DNA of 64,000 nt from Octopus vulgaris (GCA_951406725.2 OX597814.1:57040001-57104000); one strand, 5' to 3'; shown: positions 26,041 to 38,727, numbered from the stretch's first letter. The notes: generated by a model not told the origin, from the letters alone. A program made the numbers and translations.

Positions 26041-28200
26041 AACGATGATAGTCTTATCATACCCGCCGACAAGACTGGGAACTGGTATAGGCTAGACTAC
26101 CAAACCTACAAATCGCTCATCATGAGGGAACTTAGCAAAAAATATAAAACTACTTCTACGGATAACCTTAAGGAAATTAACTACAAAATCAAGGAAGTTA
26201 TGAGCAAATTAGACCTCCTAGAGAGAACAGAACCTATTAAACCACAAGTACCCAAAATTACTATTAAAGACCATAAGAAAGACTTCCCAGATAATGTAGG
26301 AGTACGATTAATCTGTCCGACTAAATCGGATATCGGCAGACTTAGCAAGACTATCCTGGACAAGGTGATCCCACACATCAAACCCCACATCCCACTCCAA
26401 CTATGGATTAACACCGACGATGTGCTAGAATGGTTTAACACTATCACCAATAGGCCCGACTACTCATTCATCCAATTCGACATAGCTAGCTACTACGCCA
26501 GTATATCCCCCATCTTACTTAACAAATCCCTTATATTTGCCCGCAACCTTTCACTCATAGACAGAGAAAAAATTGACATAATACTATTAGCTAGAAAAAC
26601 CATAATAAAATTCGACGGTAGACTCTGGACCAGATCCGATACCCCCGACAATTTTGATGTGGCTATGGGGCTCGAGCGATTCAGCTCAGGTGACTGACTT
26701 GGTCGGGGCCTACCTGCTCAAGAAGCTTTTCTCCGAGGTACCGGATCTTCAGGGGGTCTATACAGAGACGACGCTCTCTTCATATACCCCACCAACAATA
26801 GGAGTAAACTAGAAAGAATTAGGAAAAAGATCAGGCTTTTTTTCAAATCCTTCAATCTTAAACTAGAATTTATGACCAATACTAAAATAGTAAACTTCTT
26901 AGATGTTACGTTAGACTTGAATAAGCACCTTCACCACCCGTATAGGAAACCCGAAGAAACTACCAAATACATCCATACCTCTTCCAACCATCCACCCTGT
27001 ATAATTAGCACCACGGTCCAAGCCATCTCAGACAGACTGACAAAACTATCCTCTAATAGAGAAATTTTCAATAATCACGCACAACACTACAACCAGGCTC
27101 TCTATAGTGCCGGGTATAACCAGAGAATATCATATGTAGACCACCCGGGAGCGTCCGTCTGCCATAAAACTCCCAATTATAATCGAACTCAGCACTCAAC
27201 TCACACTAGCGATAATTCTAATTTAAACTCCAAACAACGTATAGGAAATAGGCGAACTAATAGAATAGCACACAATAGTAACCCTCCCGACGAGAGCAAT
27301 ATAGATCCTATTAGGAGAAATAGAAGGGATAATAGATTACGCAAATACATATGGTTCAACTTACCTTACAACTTAGCAGTTAGGGGTAAGTTATGTAAGA
27401 GAATATTCTCTATCATTTCCAACAACTTCCCACCCACCCACAAGTATAGAAGTATCTTCTCCAACAAAACCATTAGGATTTCCTACTCTACCCTGCCCAA
27501 CATGAGCTGCCTCATAGCTAAACATAACTATATTAATATTAGAACAGCTAGATCAAGAGCAAACCATAGCGACCAACAGAACCCCCCTCATCTAGACAGT
27601 AGACAATATAACCAGACTGGCAGCCATACTACCCAAACAGTTAGTAATAACACCTGCCAACACAACAGAGGAAATACTACACCCATCAACAACCAGGAGG
27701 ATATCAACGCCCCCACTCGTATTGCAACACCTCCGCCTGGGATTAGCAGAACACGACCGAATAATACAATGCAATGCAACTGCAGATGTGCATCAGAGTG
27801 CCCGCTGCAGGGCGCATGTAGGGCAAAAAACGTAATATATTCATGTGAGGTGAGTACTCAGTTTAACACACTCACCTATATTGGTTGCTCAACCTCCTGG
27901 AAATCCAGATACTACAACCACCGGTCCTCGCTGAGACACAGACATAAGGCTAACAGCACCTCCCTTTCTAAAAGAATTTGGGAATTAAAAGACAAATGTA
28001 TAGGCTTCAAACTCAGATGGTCCATCATCGGATCAGCTGCACCTTATTTAAATAATAGAGCAGGATGCCAACTATGTTGTGTAGAACTCCTGAACATCTT
28101 GAAATTCAAAGACAAACACAATCTTATTAACAAAAGGTCAGAGTTCAAACCATCCTGTATACACAAACTTATTAATACTTTCAAATACTACAAAGCTTAG
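26041..28200 (+). pseudogene. PLE reverse transcriptase + GIY-YIG endonuclease (N-terminally truncated; two compensating frameshifts at ~26670 and ~26755)
   Basis: IPADKTGN, RLICPTKSDIGRLSK, FIQFDIASYYASI, FDVAMG, GLYRDD, VNFLDVTLDL, SNHPP, WFNLPY, CNC..CPLQGAC, VIY..YIG, KSRYYNH, CQLCCVE, LINKRSE..CIH. Confidence 0.92.
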
Positions 28201-30042
28201 GTTTTATACCAACTCCCCCATGCAATTTCCTCCCACCCGGTGCAACCTGTCGGCTCCAGCACATCCCGCTTTCCTATATGTGCGTGTATATGCGTATGTG
28301 TGTGTGTATGTATATGTATGTGCACATATGTGTACGTATATGTACATATATATATATATATATATATGTGCGTGCGTGTGTGTGTGTGTGGGTGTGTGTA
28401 TGTGCATATATGTTTCCCTGCATTTTCCTCCTATATATACAAATTTTGTCTCCCATACATGACTTCTTTTCCCTAAATATTTCTTCTCCTACACCCACAT
28501 CCTTCCTATGTAGTCTCTTTACTTCCCTATATCTATACCCTTTCACACTTCTAACTCGGATGTTGAACGCACACCGCCAAACTCCACTTCCCACCCTTCC
28601 AATTTTCAGTTCCCCCCACCCGCCCCTACGTGGACACTTTTAACACACACCTCTAACTTTCAACCACCTTCATCTCATGTTAAATTATATTTTTATCTTA
28701 TTTTATTTTATTTTACTTTTACTCTTATTCTACTTCCATTTATTCTCATTTTCATTTTCATCCCTTACCTTAACTCTTATAATTTTTATAGTTTTTATAT
28801 TTCATTTCTAACTATTACATTGTATTTCTTATTTTATACTGTATTTCTTACTTTTATTTCTAATTTTTACCCTTACCCTCATTCTTACCCCTAACTTATC
28901 ACTTTACATCTCTATATATGTTTATTTACTTACCTATAGATCCACTTTTGACTATGCGAGCGTCCGTGTACGTATGTATACGCATACATACATAAACGCG
29001 CGCATATATGTACATGCATATTTTGATATCTTATAGCTATACCCATATGTCTCTGTGTGTGTGTAGGTGTATATGTGCACGCACATACGTACACACAGCC
29101 GTGTGTGCGTGCACGCATAGACGTGATTCCTTACATACGCTCTTATATACATCCTTTAATATCTTATATCTAGACCTGGAAGCGTGGGCATATGCGTGTG
29201 TGTATGTAGGGATGGGCGCGCGTATGTACATGTGAGTGTGTACACGTATAGCGTCCGTGTATACATGCGGATATTCTGTTGTATGTATGTATGTGTACGC
29301 ACGTGCGTGTGGGTGTGTGTGTGTTTATATGCATGTTTACACGCGAGTGCGTGTGTATGCTTATAGGCTTGGAGGCGTATATGTACGCGTGTATATGGGT
29401 GTGTGTATCCATGTTGGTATGTATGTACTAGAAGTCCAAATAATTCAAGGAACCAGATTAAACGCTCAACAGCTCTGATTTACAACGCATTAGGTCCCCA
29501 GACGAAACTGTTGATTTACTGACAATTCTACAACTAAATTTTATCAATCTCCTGACCACCATGCTTGGTCCTTAACCTCTATACATCCCTTATCTTTATA
29601 TTTTTTTATATTTTGTTACATTTTTATCATGTTTTTTTACTTTTATTTTTATTTCTATTTCTATTTTTACTTTATAACCTTATGCCTTTACATTTATTTA
29701 TATTTCTTTATATTTCTTTATATTCTTTATACCCCCTTTACATCTCCTTATATCTCTTTATATCTTTATGCTCTACATTTTTATATTTTTCTATACTTAC
29801 ACTTTTTACACATTTTTATCCCTCGTCCTGAATTCTCGCCCCTCCATCTTCACGTATATACATGTATTTATTTATTTACATTACTTCAACATCCATTTTT
29901 CCTCATCCTACATTGAGAGAAGAAAGAGATGGACGTTTCAATTCTATGCTGCTGCCGCATTATGTCGTACGCGAATGGGAGGATTTGCATCCCCAACCAA
30001 GAATTTTTGATGTAACACATGTCCTTGTGGAAGCTGTTGTGC

Positions 30043-30120
30043 GCGGCTGAAGAAGGCCACAGACATACATTATGCATTGTTATAAATCTGTCTAATAAAG
30101 GCCCGAAACATATGTACCGC
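30043..30120 (+). ncRNA. Type I hammerhead ribozyme in Penelope pLTR
   Basis: Stem I GCGG/CCGC; core CUGAAGA (30047-30053); stem II GGCC...GGCC; GAAAC-AUAU-GUA with predicted cut after 30116. Confidence 0.8.
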
Positions 30121-30156
30121 TGAATCCTTCGCATCATGTTTTTATTTTGATCAATT

Positions 30157-30208
<52 letters not shown>

Positions 30209-31067
30209 TGTATGTATGTATGTATGTATGTATGTATAAATATATGTGTGTATGTGTGTGTATGCAGGTAATTTTCTTTCTTTTAGCCATAGGTTAAACC
30301 TGACTGAACAAACCTACAGTAAAACACGCTGCAGTTTTGAGAATCTCTTCTTTTTATATACGAGTCCTTCATATATATATAAAAAAGAGGTGTTCAATTA
30401 TCTAACATCTCTTCTTTTCTTAAGACGTTATGGTGTAACGCTAGTGAGATTCAGTTATTATTTCTAACAAGAAGCTTTCCTGATCGTTTTATATGTATGC
30501 TCGTAAGTGGAAGGTGACACTCAAGACACACATGTTGTTGCTAGGTAATATTTCGATCCCTGTAAGTAGCTTAACTGGAGTTCCTATTTTTCTCCAGTGA
30601 ACTAGATACGAACTAGTGTAAAAGGGTACCCATTTAAGGGCCACTCTCAAGATACTGCTTGATGCAACCTTTGCTCAGAATGCAGAGTTAAACTCGACAG
30701 CATTTCAGCTCAATAGTACTCACAAATTTTATCGCGTGACCAATTCTAAGAGGTTGTCCTATAAAATTAAAGTGATCCACTATTCTGTGCTCGTCGTTTG
30801 CAATTTGTAGTGATCAGAAACTGCCTTTGTTGCAGCTATAGAATCCATATCTCTCTGCTAAGGTATTATGAGCGTATGTGTGTATAAATATCTGTTTATA
30901 TAAACAGTGCTGTCTGTAGGTACGATTTGCCTCTCATTCACTTTATGCTACTTCATTGTGTCTATAGAGTTGAATTTTTGAGCTTCGAAACTACATATAC
31001 GCACAGACTTGCATTCAAATACATGCATGATTAAATACATATATTATATATATATACATGCATATAT

Positions 31068-31402
31068 GCTGAGAACCCTCTTCGGTCATGTCTGACCATG
31101 GGATTGCACCTAGAAAGTTACCCTCCCAGGCACAAGTCTGGGCAAGGTTGTTTATGGAAGACCAGCAGTCGCCCATACATACCGGCCTCCACTCTCCACT
31201 TCACCAGTGTTATCCAAGGGAAAGGCAAAGGCCGATACAGCTTGGCACCTGTGATGTCGCGACTCATTTCTACATCTGAGTGGACTGGAGCAACGTGAAA
31301 TAAAGTATCTTGCTCAAGAACACAACACACAGCCCGGTCTGGAATTCGACATCAAAACCTCACGATCTTAAGCTCGACACTCTAACCACTGAGCCATGCG
31401 CC
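31068..31402 (-). mobile_element. SINE family C, near full length
   Basis: Minus strand GGCGCATGGCTCAGTGGTTAGAGTG (A-box) ... GTCGAATTCC (B-box) ... TTGAGCAAGATACTTTATTTCAC. Confidence 0.8.
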
Positions 31403-31412
31403 TTCATATACA

Positions 31413-31476
<64 letters not shown>

Positions 31477-31477
<1 letters not shown>

Positions 31478-31957
31478 GATGGAAAAGTAATTCTCTAATT
31501 CCCTATTTAAAAATACTTATAAATTATGTATTAATTGTAACTTTTACCAAAAAATGGAAATGAGAGGAAAACTCTTAGAAAGGGAGTTTGAATTTAAAAT
31601 TTGATTTGGAATCTAGATGTCGCCACCAGCTTCTTGAGTCGCCCAGGAATTGCGTCAACTTCCAAATATTTTAGTATGGTACAGTAGACTTGTTCCTTTA
31701 ACCAACCCCAAGGAAAGAAGTCACAGGGTGTTACGTTGGGACTTTTGGCTGGCCACTCATGCGGACAACAACGACCCATCCAACTCCTGAGAAAGTGAGC
31801 ATTCAGTCACTTGTGAATGACAAGAGCAATACAATTAAAGAATAAAATAAATCCTTTTACTTTAAAAAGCAAACAGAAAGAAATTAGAAAAAGAAATACA
31901 ATCAATAAATTATTTATAAGTATTTTAAAATAGGGGGTTACTTTTCAATCACCCTGT
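31477..31957 (-). mobile_element. Internally deleted Tc1/mariner (rosa/Tc3-like) element
   Basis: WPAKSPNVTPCDFFPWGWLKEQVY motif; inverted ends TGATGGAAAAGTAA / TTACTTTTCAATCACCCTG. Confidence 0.75.
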
Positions 31958-32739
31958 ATTTATATATACACGCATACATATAAACCTGTATTTACATTCA
32001 TACACACACACACACTCACACTCCCTCCCTCTCAACCTAATACACACTCAGGCACATCAGTAGATTCTAGAAAGTACAATTTACAAGTGCGTCGTAATTG
32101 TATATGTACCAGCTAAATAAATATTCCCCATTGTTATCATACCAATTACTCACAAATTTTATGTTAGGTCGACATGACATTACTAATTCCAGTTTTAAAT
32201 TCTGAACCAGTCGTGACAATGAAGTCAGTCTAAAATTTACATTAGCCATGACAACAAAATAAATCAGAAATATGAAGTCTCCTAAAGGCTAAAATGCTTA
32301 AGCTCCTTGGACACGTTCTAACTTGAGAATTCACCAGTGTGGCCAAATCACCCCACAAATTCTCTGTAAAATCATTTCCAGACAAAACATTTTTGATACG
32401 ATAATTTTTAATAAATTTAAACAGACAGATTTCCATCAGGTCCCTCGTTGGTTTACTGCTTTTCTAATGGTGAGAGTAAAAAATAGTTTTCTGTTAATAG
32501 CCCCAGGATAAATATCTCGGGAGATTGCACTCATTAAACCCTAGATTACTTTTAAGTACGGCAAATAATAGCTGTTAGAAAATGCATCGCAAGAGGTGTT
32601 CAGCTAAGAATTGAACTTATCCCCAGGAGTTTATTAACACAGCCCAAACACGCGCGCACACACAAACATTCTTAAATTATTCGTGTGCGTGTATGTATGT
32701 TGAGTGTGCATTTGAATTTAAAATATTTTAGTCTGCTGG

Positions 32740-32792
32740 GAACTGCCTTCCCACCAGACTAATAGTCTTTTAGTCTGGTGGGAAGGCAGTTC
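32740..32792. repeat. Perfect 23-bp-arm hairpin
   Basis: GAACTGCCTTCCCACCAGACTAA-tagtctt-TTAGTCTGGTGGGAAGGCAGTTC. Confidence 0.95.
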
Positions 32793-33859
32793 TGTGACCT
32801 GCTACGCGACTAGTCGTGGAGGAAGGAGAAAGGTATTTTCAAATCGGAAACCTAACCCGAATGCTTGCAACACAGTAGGCTCCATTAAAGACTCCTATGG
32901 TGCTAGATGGTACCAGATTGAGTCTACCTTCTATGTAGACACACTAAGGTGCGATTTGAACTCAGAACGCAAAGAACTGGAACATATACCTCAAGACGTC
33001 CGGTTCGACGTTCTTACAATTCAACCAATCCACTGCTTTGAGTTGTATATCTTATCGACCTCGAAAAGATGAAATGCAAAGTTGGCCTTGGTGAACTCAA
33101 ATAGTCAGAACAAATACCTCGAAACCCTCAGTCACCGTTCTAACGACTCTGCTAACTCCTGTAGCAAAGGGGTTACAGCGTCGGAAATTTTACTCCTGAA
33201 ATCATCGTTCGTATTTCAGTATTAACACGTTAACCGCCACTGCCTGTTACTGGAACTTAGAGGCGATGCCACGTATTTTCGGTCACACTGCACACCATTT
33301 AATTACAAGGAAATATAATCGTTTGTGTTTTACAATATTTCATAATTAAGCTTTCATATTTAGCACTCATGTCGTGTAAATATCCTCGAAGCCATGTCAA
33401 AAATACAGAATAAAATATTTTCTCAAATTATGAAAATGTGCCATAATGGCGGTTGTGTGAAGTCTGTGAGGAATCACCGGTGATGCATATGACTGTTAGC
33501 ATTTTAAAATAGTTTTTTAGTGACTCAGCATAGCAGACTTGATTTTTCACAATCTCTAGTTAACATATATCAAATAAACCTATTTATTTAGCTTTGTGTG
33601 AATCCATATTATAGCGCTTTTTAAGATCTGATCCGGATAAGGCAACAAATATACCTACATCGTTAACGTTCTTCTTTTGAGTACAGAGTGGAAAGAAAAT
33701 GAGGATCAAAGGAAAAGTGATTTACTCTGAAAATTCCCTTAAGGGAGGATAAAATGCCTACACCTATAATTGCCTTGCTTTGCACTCTCAATGACTGGTT
33801 TTCTTTCAAAACCATTGCAATATTCTTTTACAAAAGCTTGCAGAAACAGCCACGGGTAA

Positions 33860-34031
33860 TTTCAGTGGGAGTCAGATAGCCTATTACATCGACCCCAGTG
33901 CGCAGCTGGTACCTGTTTTATCGAAGCCTTAGATGTTCAAAAGGGCAAAGTCAACCTTGCGATATTTGAACTCAGAACGTTAAGTACCAAGAGCCATAAA
34001 AGCATTTTGTCTGACTTGCTACGATTCTGCT
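33860..34031 (-). mobile_element. SINE family B copy (more decayed copies at ~32880-33160)
   Basis: ATTACATCGACCCCAGTG...GGCAAAGTCAACCT...ATTTGAACTCAGAACG. Confidence 0.7.
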
Positions 34032-35179
34032 ACAAACTTTTCATAACACCACTATGGTCTTTTGTTATTTAAAATTTTACAATTCATTTTGTAAGTATTC
34101 TTGTCAAGCTTCATCTATTTATTGTCTGTCACGTGAGTTCTAACAAAAAATTTCACATGATTTATTTTCATTGAAAGTTTTTCATTTCTTTTTATTTGCG
34201 CTTGTTTTGTTGGTGTCAAACATAAGAACGTGTTTACATGTTTATTGCCTGTATGCGTGATGTATGTGCGTATATGTATCTATAGTTTTCTGGCCGTGTG
34301 TGCATGTGTACTTTCTGGGTATATCTATTCGTGTTTTGTATATGTATGTCATGGTTGACTTTAGTTGCCTCGATTTTTCTTCGTTGTTGTATTATTTCTG
34401 CACTAGTGAGGATAGAAGGGCTGTTGTAATTCCATCTCTTCTTTCTGTTATTGGTGTCGGACTCCGTGTCTCGTATGTGTGTCGACCGGATGTAAGACGA
34501 AAGCAGTTTTAACTAATCTAAATTTGAAATGGGGAATTCAGAAGTTAAATTGTAGTGTGTCGGATGGGTTACTGTAGAAATGTAAGGAGAAAGTTTCATA
34601 GACAATAAGTGTATGCAGAAGGAGCATTAAAGATATATATTAGATTCTAATAGGTTTCATAGCGGTTACGAATGGTGGAAATGTGTTTCCAGTCTTAAAT
34701 GGCGGTGGCTTAAATTGAGAAATATATTTCGGTGGATAATTATGGTCGAATCCTCGAATCTGGGAGAGCAGAAGGTTCTAGTTTTATAAATTATCCTATA
34801 AGTTATCATAGGGTAAGGCTGATAACACAGGTTTGCGAAATGGAACTTTTTGAAAATTGCTTTGATAATTATGTGTTACTTTATATATTTTTTGTGGTGC
34901 TATTTCGAAATATCAAAAAAGCCTTTTCCCATTACCTTAAGGTTTTCTCACAATATAATGATAAAATATTCCGCAATTTGTAGGTAAATCCAGATATAGT
35001 AGGACAAAATCGAACTATTAAAAATATTTTTTTTTTTACTTTATTCAACAAAATAAAAATGGGACAAATACAATTGCAAGATGAGAAAATAGATTTTTAT
35101 AAGAGTTTTATTCATTTTTGAGGCTGAACACCTCAAAATGTTTTTTTTTACTTGGAAACTACGCTCGAAACTCTTTCGT

Positions 35180-36780
35180 TTGTGAACATTTGATGAACAT
35201 TAATGATACGAAATCCAATAGAAGATGGCCATCATATTCAGTCTTCGCTAATAGCGTCTTAGCCTCTCCTTTATGTCTTAATGAAACATTACACTTAATT
35301 CCCATACTCACCTATTCCCCCTGCTCCCCACTTCGATTTTTCAGAAAGAAATCCAAATGGGCATCTAGGAAATGTACTGTGTTCATTTTACATCATAAGA
35401 CCTCCAACTTTTCCAGCGTTTTCCCCACCATGTCTTTGTAGTTCGGATCCTTAATATTACCCAAGGAGTCCTTTATCACATCGTTAGAATTAACCTATGC
35501 TTCATTTTCAGAATCATTAAAATAGTTTTCAAAATTTTCGTCCTTAACGAATTTCTTTATATCTAGTTCTACAAATATATCCTCTTAAACCTTGACGTCT
35601 GATAGAGCAGGAAACTTGCTACGCAAATTCTTGAAACCCTCACCATCCTGAGATAAAGCTTTTACAATTTGCTTTATGAAGCCAAGTTTAATATGTAGAG
35701 AAGGTAAAAGAACCCTTTTCCGATCACCCAAACTTTCCTGAAGGTTATTCTTTGTTCCTACCCAGCCATTCTTTTTTAGACCGATGGCGGTTCCTAGCTC
35801 TACTGTCCTATTCTCACAAAAAGCAAGGAAACCTTGTGTAGCCTGACTGTTGCAACATGCAAACTATTTTGAAGTCGCTGCAAATCAATCATTTGTGATC
35901 TTAGAAAAGAGATTCACTTGTGATCTTGTGTAAAAGTGACGCCAACTTTTCATGTCTCCTTCATGATGACTGAGTGTCCAACAAGGATGGAAGTATATTT
36001 ATTATTATTATGCAGTAGAACAGTTTTAAGACTTCTCTTTAAAGAGTCAATAAAGCCTTCATTCATCGGGGATGTAACTTATACTATACTTTCTTATTAG
36101 TCCCGATGGAACTATGCAATAAATCAGATCATTTTCTCGTGCAAAATAAGGAACAAATTTTTTCACGGTTGCGATCATTATAAACTGATGCGCGTGGAGC
36201 TGAAAGATTCTTGGGTTTAAGTCTGGAAACTAAAAGCTCTACTGACTCCTTTGTGAGCTCTAAGTCCCTATCTAGATAATTTAATTCATACTGTTTGAGT
36301 AGTTGAAGTGTTAAAGCTGTTCTACTGATATTGAAGTCTTCATCGTCATTGCTATGTCTGCCTTCTGACTAGGAACTCAAGTATATTTCTTCAAAATTTC
36401 CTGCCGGTGATGGTACCGGGACGTCTGGTCGATGGGTCGCAATGAAGATGAGAGATTTGGATAAACAATGCTTTTCCCGCTCTTTGAATTGTGTCCCTGC
36501 ATCTTACATGAACAAAAGTAGTTGTCATCTTTGTGATTTTTAGACCCTTTCTATACCATTGGAACACCGAAACGAAAAGACTTCTTTGTAAATTTTGCCC
36601 ATTGTCTTAGTTCTTCAACACAAATTGAGCAGAACTTATGAGGACACTACTTATCCTGGTTTCCTAATTCTCCCCCGAAATAGGCATGGTAAGATATTTT
36701 GACAAATTCTGACGTTTCTTGATAATAAACTAGCTACAAATATAACAAACGTTATCCGAGCTTGCTGCACATCTAGAAAA
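35180..36780 (-). pseudogene. Decayed Chapaev3-like (CMC superfamily) transposase
   Basis: Minus-strand fragments VCYIC, YHAYFGGELGNQDK, CPHKFCSICVEELRQW, FGVPMV..NHKDDNYFC, LLPSLHIKLGFIKQIVKAL, HFLDAHLDFF, NMMAIFYW. A possible CACTG terminus lies at 37768. The family name is from recall of these motifs. Confidence 0.75.
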
Positions 36781-36877
36781 CATCCCTGCATTAAATGATG
36801 TGGAGGTCTGTAAGAAAACGGGAAGGGTACCTTTTTTTTAAATATATATATTTGAGTTACCATTTATATTTTATCAT

Positions 36878-37055
36878 AGGCGCAGGAGTGGCTGTGCGGT
36901 AAGTAGCTTGCTTACCAACCACATGGTTCCGGGTTCAGTCCCACTGCGTGGCACCTTGGGCAAGTGTCTTCTACTATAGCCTCGGGCCGACCAGAGCCTT
37001 GTGAGTGGATTTGGTAGACGGAAACTGAAAGAAGCCCGTCGTAAATATGTATATG

Positions 37056-37111
<56 letters not shown>

Positions 37112-37316
37112 TGTGTCTATGTTTGTCCCCCCAACATCGCTTGACAACCGATGCTGGTGTGTTTACGTCTCCGTAACTTAGCGGTTCTGCAAAACAGACC
37201 GATAGAATAAGTACTAGGCTTACAAAGAATAAGTCTTGGGGTCGATTTGCTCGACTAAAGGCGGTGCTCCAGCATGGCGGCAGTCAAATAACTGAAACAA
37301 GTAAAAGAGTAAAAGA
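36878..37316 (+). mobile_element. Full-length SINE family A with TSD
   Basis: A-box TGGCTGTGCGG, B-box GGTTCAGTCCC, internal (TA)(TG) microsatellite, (GTAAAAGA)2 tail; TATCAT duplicated at 36872-36877 and 37317-37322. Confidence 0.9.
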
Positions 37317-38727
37317 TATCATTAATGAAGCATTGAAATGTGACAGATGTTACAATAAAACAATGTATGTAGAATATATACATTGAAAAAGTAAATGACT
37401 GAAATGCAAAAAGATACGATTTAATCTAAGCAACATGCCCTTGCAAAGCGCATTATTCTCTCGTTACTTAAACTACAGTAATATAGGCACCTCTTTGTGT
37501 ACCCGAAATAATCAAAACGTTTCCAAATGCTTATTTTTTAAAATTCTGCCTAATAGTTATACTGTTAGAGTCTATTCAAACATGGCCATTAATAGTAATA
37601 ATAAAAGACAATAGTAAAATTCGCGCCTAATGGCATAATGCAGTCATCAATTTTGTGAAGAAACTGTACCTGATAGGATAGTTTCTTTGTAACTTTTGAA
37701 ACCAGTACGTAAAAATCGATCAGTTATACCCAATAAATGCAAAATAATTCTTTGGTCGCAAACCAGTGAAATGAGAAAATATCTTTAAAATCTTACGACT
37801 GCATAATATTATTCACCTAGACTTTCGATTGAACGGAGATCGTTTTATGAAAAATATTTTGGGTGCTTTCACTGTGGATAAATTGCATGAGCATTCTGTA
37901 GCCTTGATATTTTCGGAGAGACATTCATTTGGGCTACTAGATTTATAGTCGTAGTTGTTTAGATCACCATTTCTATTTAGTTTGTTTCAATAGGGAGTAG
38001 CTATTAATTCTAACAACTAAGAATAGTGAAATAAAAGAATTTTACAGCAATTTGAAAAAAAAAAAGTTGGTGACGTTATGTTGAAGAAATCTCCTTCTCA
38101 GTCTAGAAAATATTGTTTTTATTAGCAGCGTTGTTATTTAAAGGGTACATTGTTCCATCTCTCAATAAACGCTAACTTTGAATTCTCAAAACTTAACAAT
38201 CCAAGCAAACAACTAAGCTTTGTCCCTCAATCGCATCTCCTACTCCCACCCACTATTTATCAATCAATCCATCTCTGCAACTCCTATTCTCTCCATTCAT
38301 CTCCTTCCCCACTTCCATTACTCTTCCACTTTATCAATTATCATCTCCGAATGTAAACATGCTGTGAGATTTTAGGGTATGTGTATTCTTTCAAACGTGA
38401 AGGAAACAGATTTGCATGTAATTCACAAATCACTTGTCATTAATAATGATGAGATATTTTACTGTTGTAGAATGACTCATAAAGTACATAACTGGGAAAT
38501 GACCTCACTAAATATTCCAATAATATTTATATGCTATCACTATGTGAAAGCACATAAGACAAAAGAAACAAGGTTTAAATGCACATGTTTATTTACGGAA
38601 ATATTGATAATCAGCGCACTAGAGTGTTTGGAAATGAGGTAGCGTAATGTTTCAAATAATTAGTTTTCTTGAAATTTGTGATGTGCTACAATATGTTATT
38701 GTTGTGTGGGTGATACAATACAACTTA

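Larger units (their letters stand above)
25765..30158 (+). mobile_element. Penelope-like retroelement (Naiad-type), 5'-truncated with inverted pLTR
   Basis: RT and GIY-YIG coding region; 25765-26042 is the reverse complement of 29881-30158; HHR in the pLTR. Confidence 0.92.

Noticed and set aside
26695-26697. In-frame TGA as selenocysteine in the Naiad RT
   Set aside because: The conserved RT motif is in the +1 frame across this position, so compensating indels explain it better; I saw no SECIS.
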